DNA of 64,000 bases from the human T2T-CHM13v2.0 reference genome, Homo sapiens. Where the stretch lies: NCBI RefSeq assembly GCF_009914755.1, contig NC_060925.1; one strand, written 5' to 3'. Positions 63,550 through 64,000 of this stretch are shown here, one piece after another (the first letter of the stretch is position 1; the number at the start of each line of letters is the position of its first letter). The translations under genes and the position numbers were made by a program. The notes under the pieces are model-generated. The model made no database searches, had not been told where the DNA came from, and saw only the letters and a program-made list of their open reading frames with translations.

Positions 63550-64000
63550 TAAACTGCTGGTCTTTCTAAGATCCCTAGCAGTACCAGTGTGCCCTGGTTC
63601 TGTGTGTGCCTTGCAAGGAGAGAAGCAGGAGCTATTTGGCACCCTAGTAATGGGAAATGGAGCTCCACTGACAGCAGCTCCCCAGACTGGGTCTAGCCTG
63701 CAGGCCTCTGCTCAAAACCCATGTGCAATGCCTCAGGAGACACAGTGCAGCCCTCCAGCACATGCCACTGTGGGAAGGGAGAATTACTACGAAGCCCTGT
63801 GCCTTCTCATTTAGCCTCAGCAATGCCATGAGGTAGACACTACTGTTTCAATTTTCCAGTAGAGAAATTGAGGCTCAGAGCTTAATGAACTAGCTCAAAT
63901 GACACACAGCCAGGAAACAACCAAACTGGTATTTGATCCCAGAAGCCAAGCTCTGCCCTCAAGCCGGGCCTGGTTAACTGCTTCCTGCTGGCACTCTGGT

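Overview
Human (primate) genomic DNA, very Alu-rich. The minus strand carries exons 2-12, the 3' UTR and part of the long intron 1 of SLC9A1 (Na+/H+ exchanger NHE1). All 11 exons were placed by hand with GT-AG boundaries and sum to 2096 coding nt; exon 1 lies beyond the right edge. Left of the poly(A) site is about 30 kb of intergenic DNA, mostly repeats: Alu, L1 and MLT1 fragments, a decayed ERVL provirus with both LTRs, nested MER2 elements and a 1.75-kb CA-rich array. The most intriguing signal is at ~980-5650 on the minus strand: a candidate unrecognised gene fossil. It has an ATG in good Kozak context, a signal-peptide-like exon, phase-compatible GT-AG introns, and a large Pro/Ala/Ser-rich exon with a 12-bp minisatellite and an 81-bp duplication whose differences are mostly synonymous or conservative; three Alus interrupt it. 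I cannot name its family from sequence alone. Other observations: a 1.75-kb UG/G-run array right after the exon 4 donor, an exon 5 read-through into a MIR giving a tail-less NHE1, an Alu micro-inversion signature, a duplicated 39-bp intron 1 motif, an AP-1 cluster and CTCF motifs. Repeat family names come from recalled consensus sequences and repeat boundaries are approximate.
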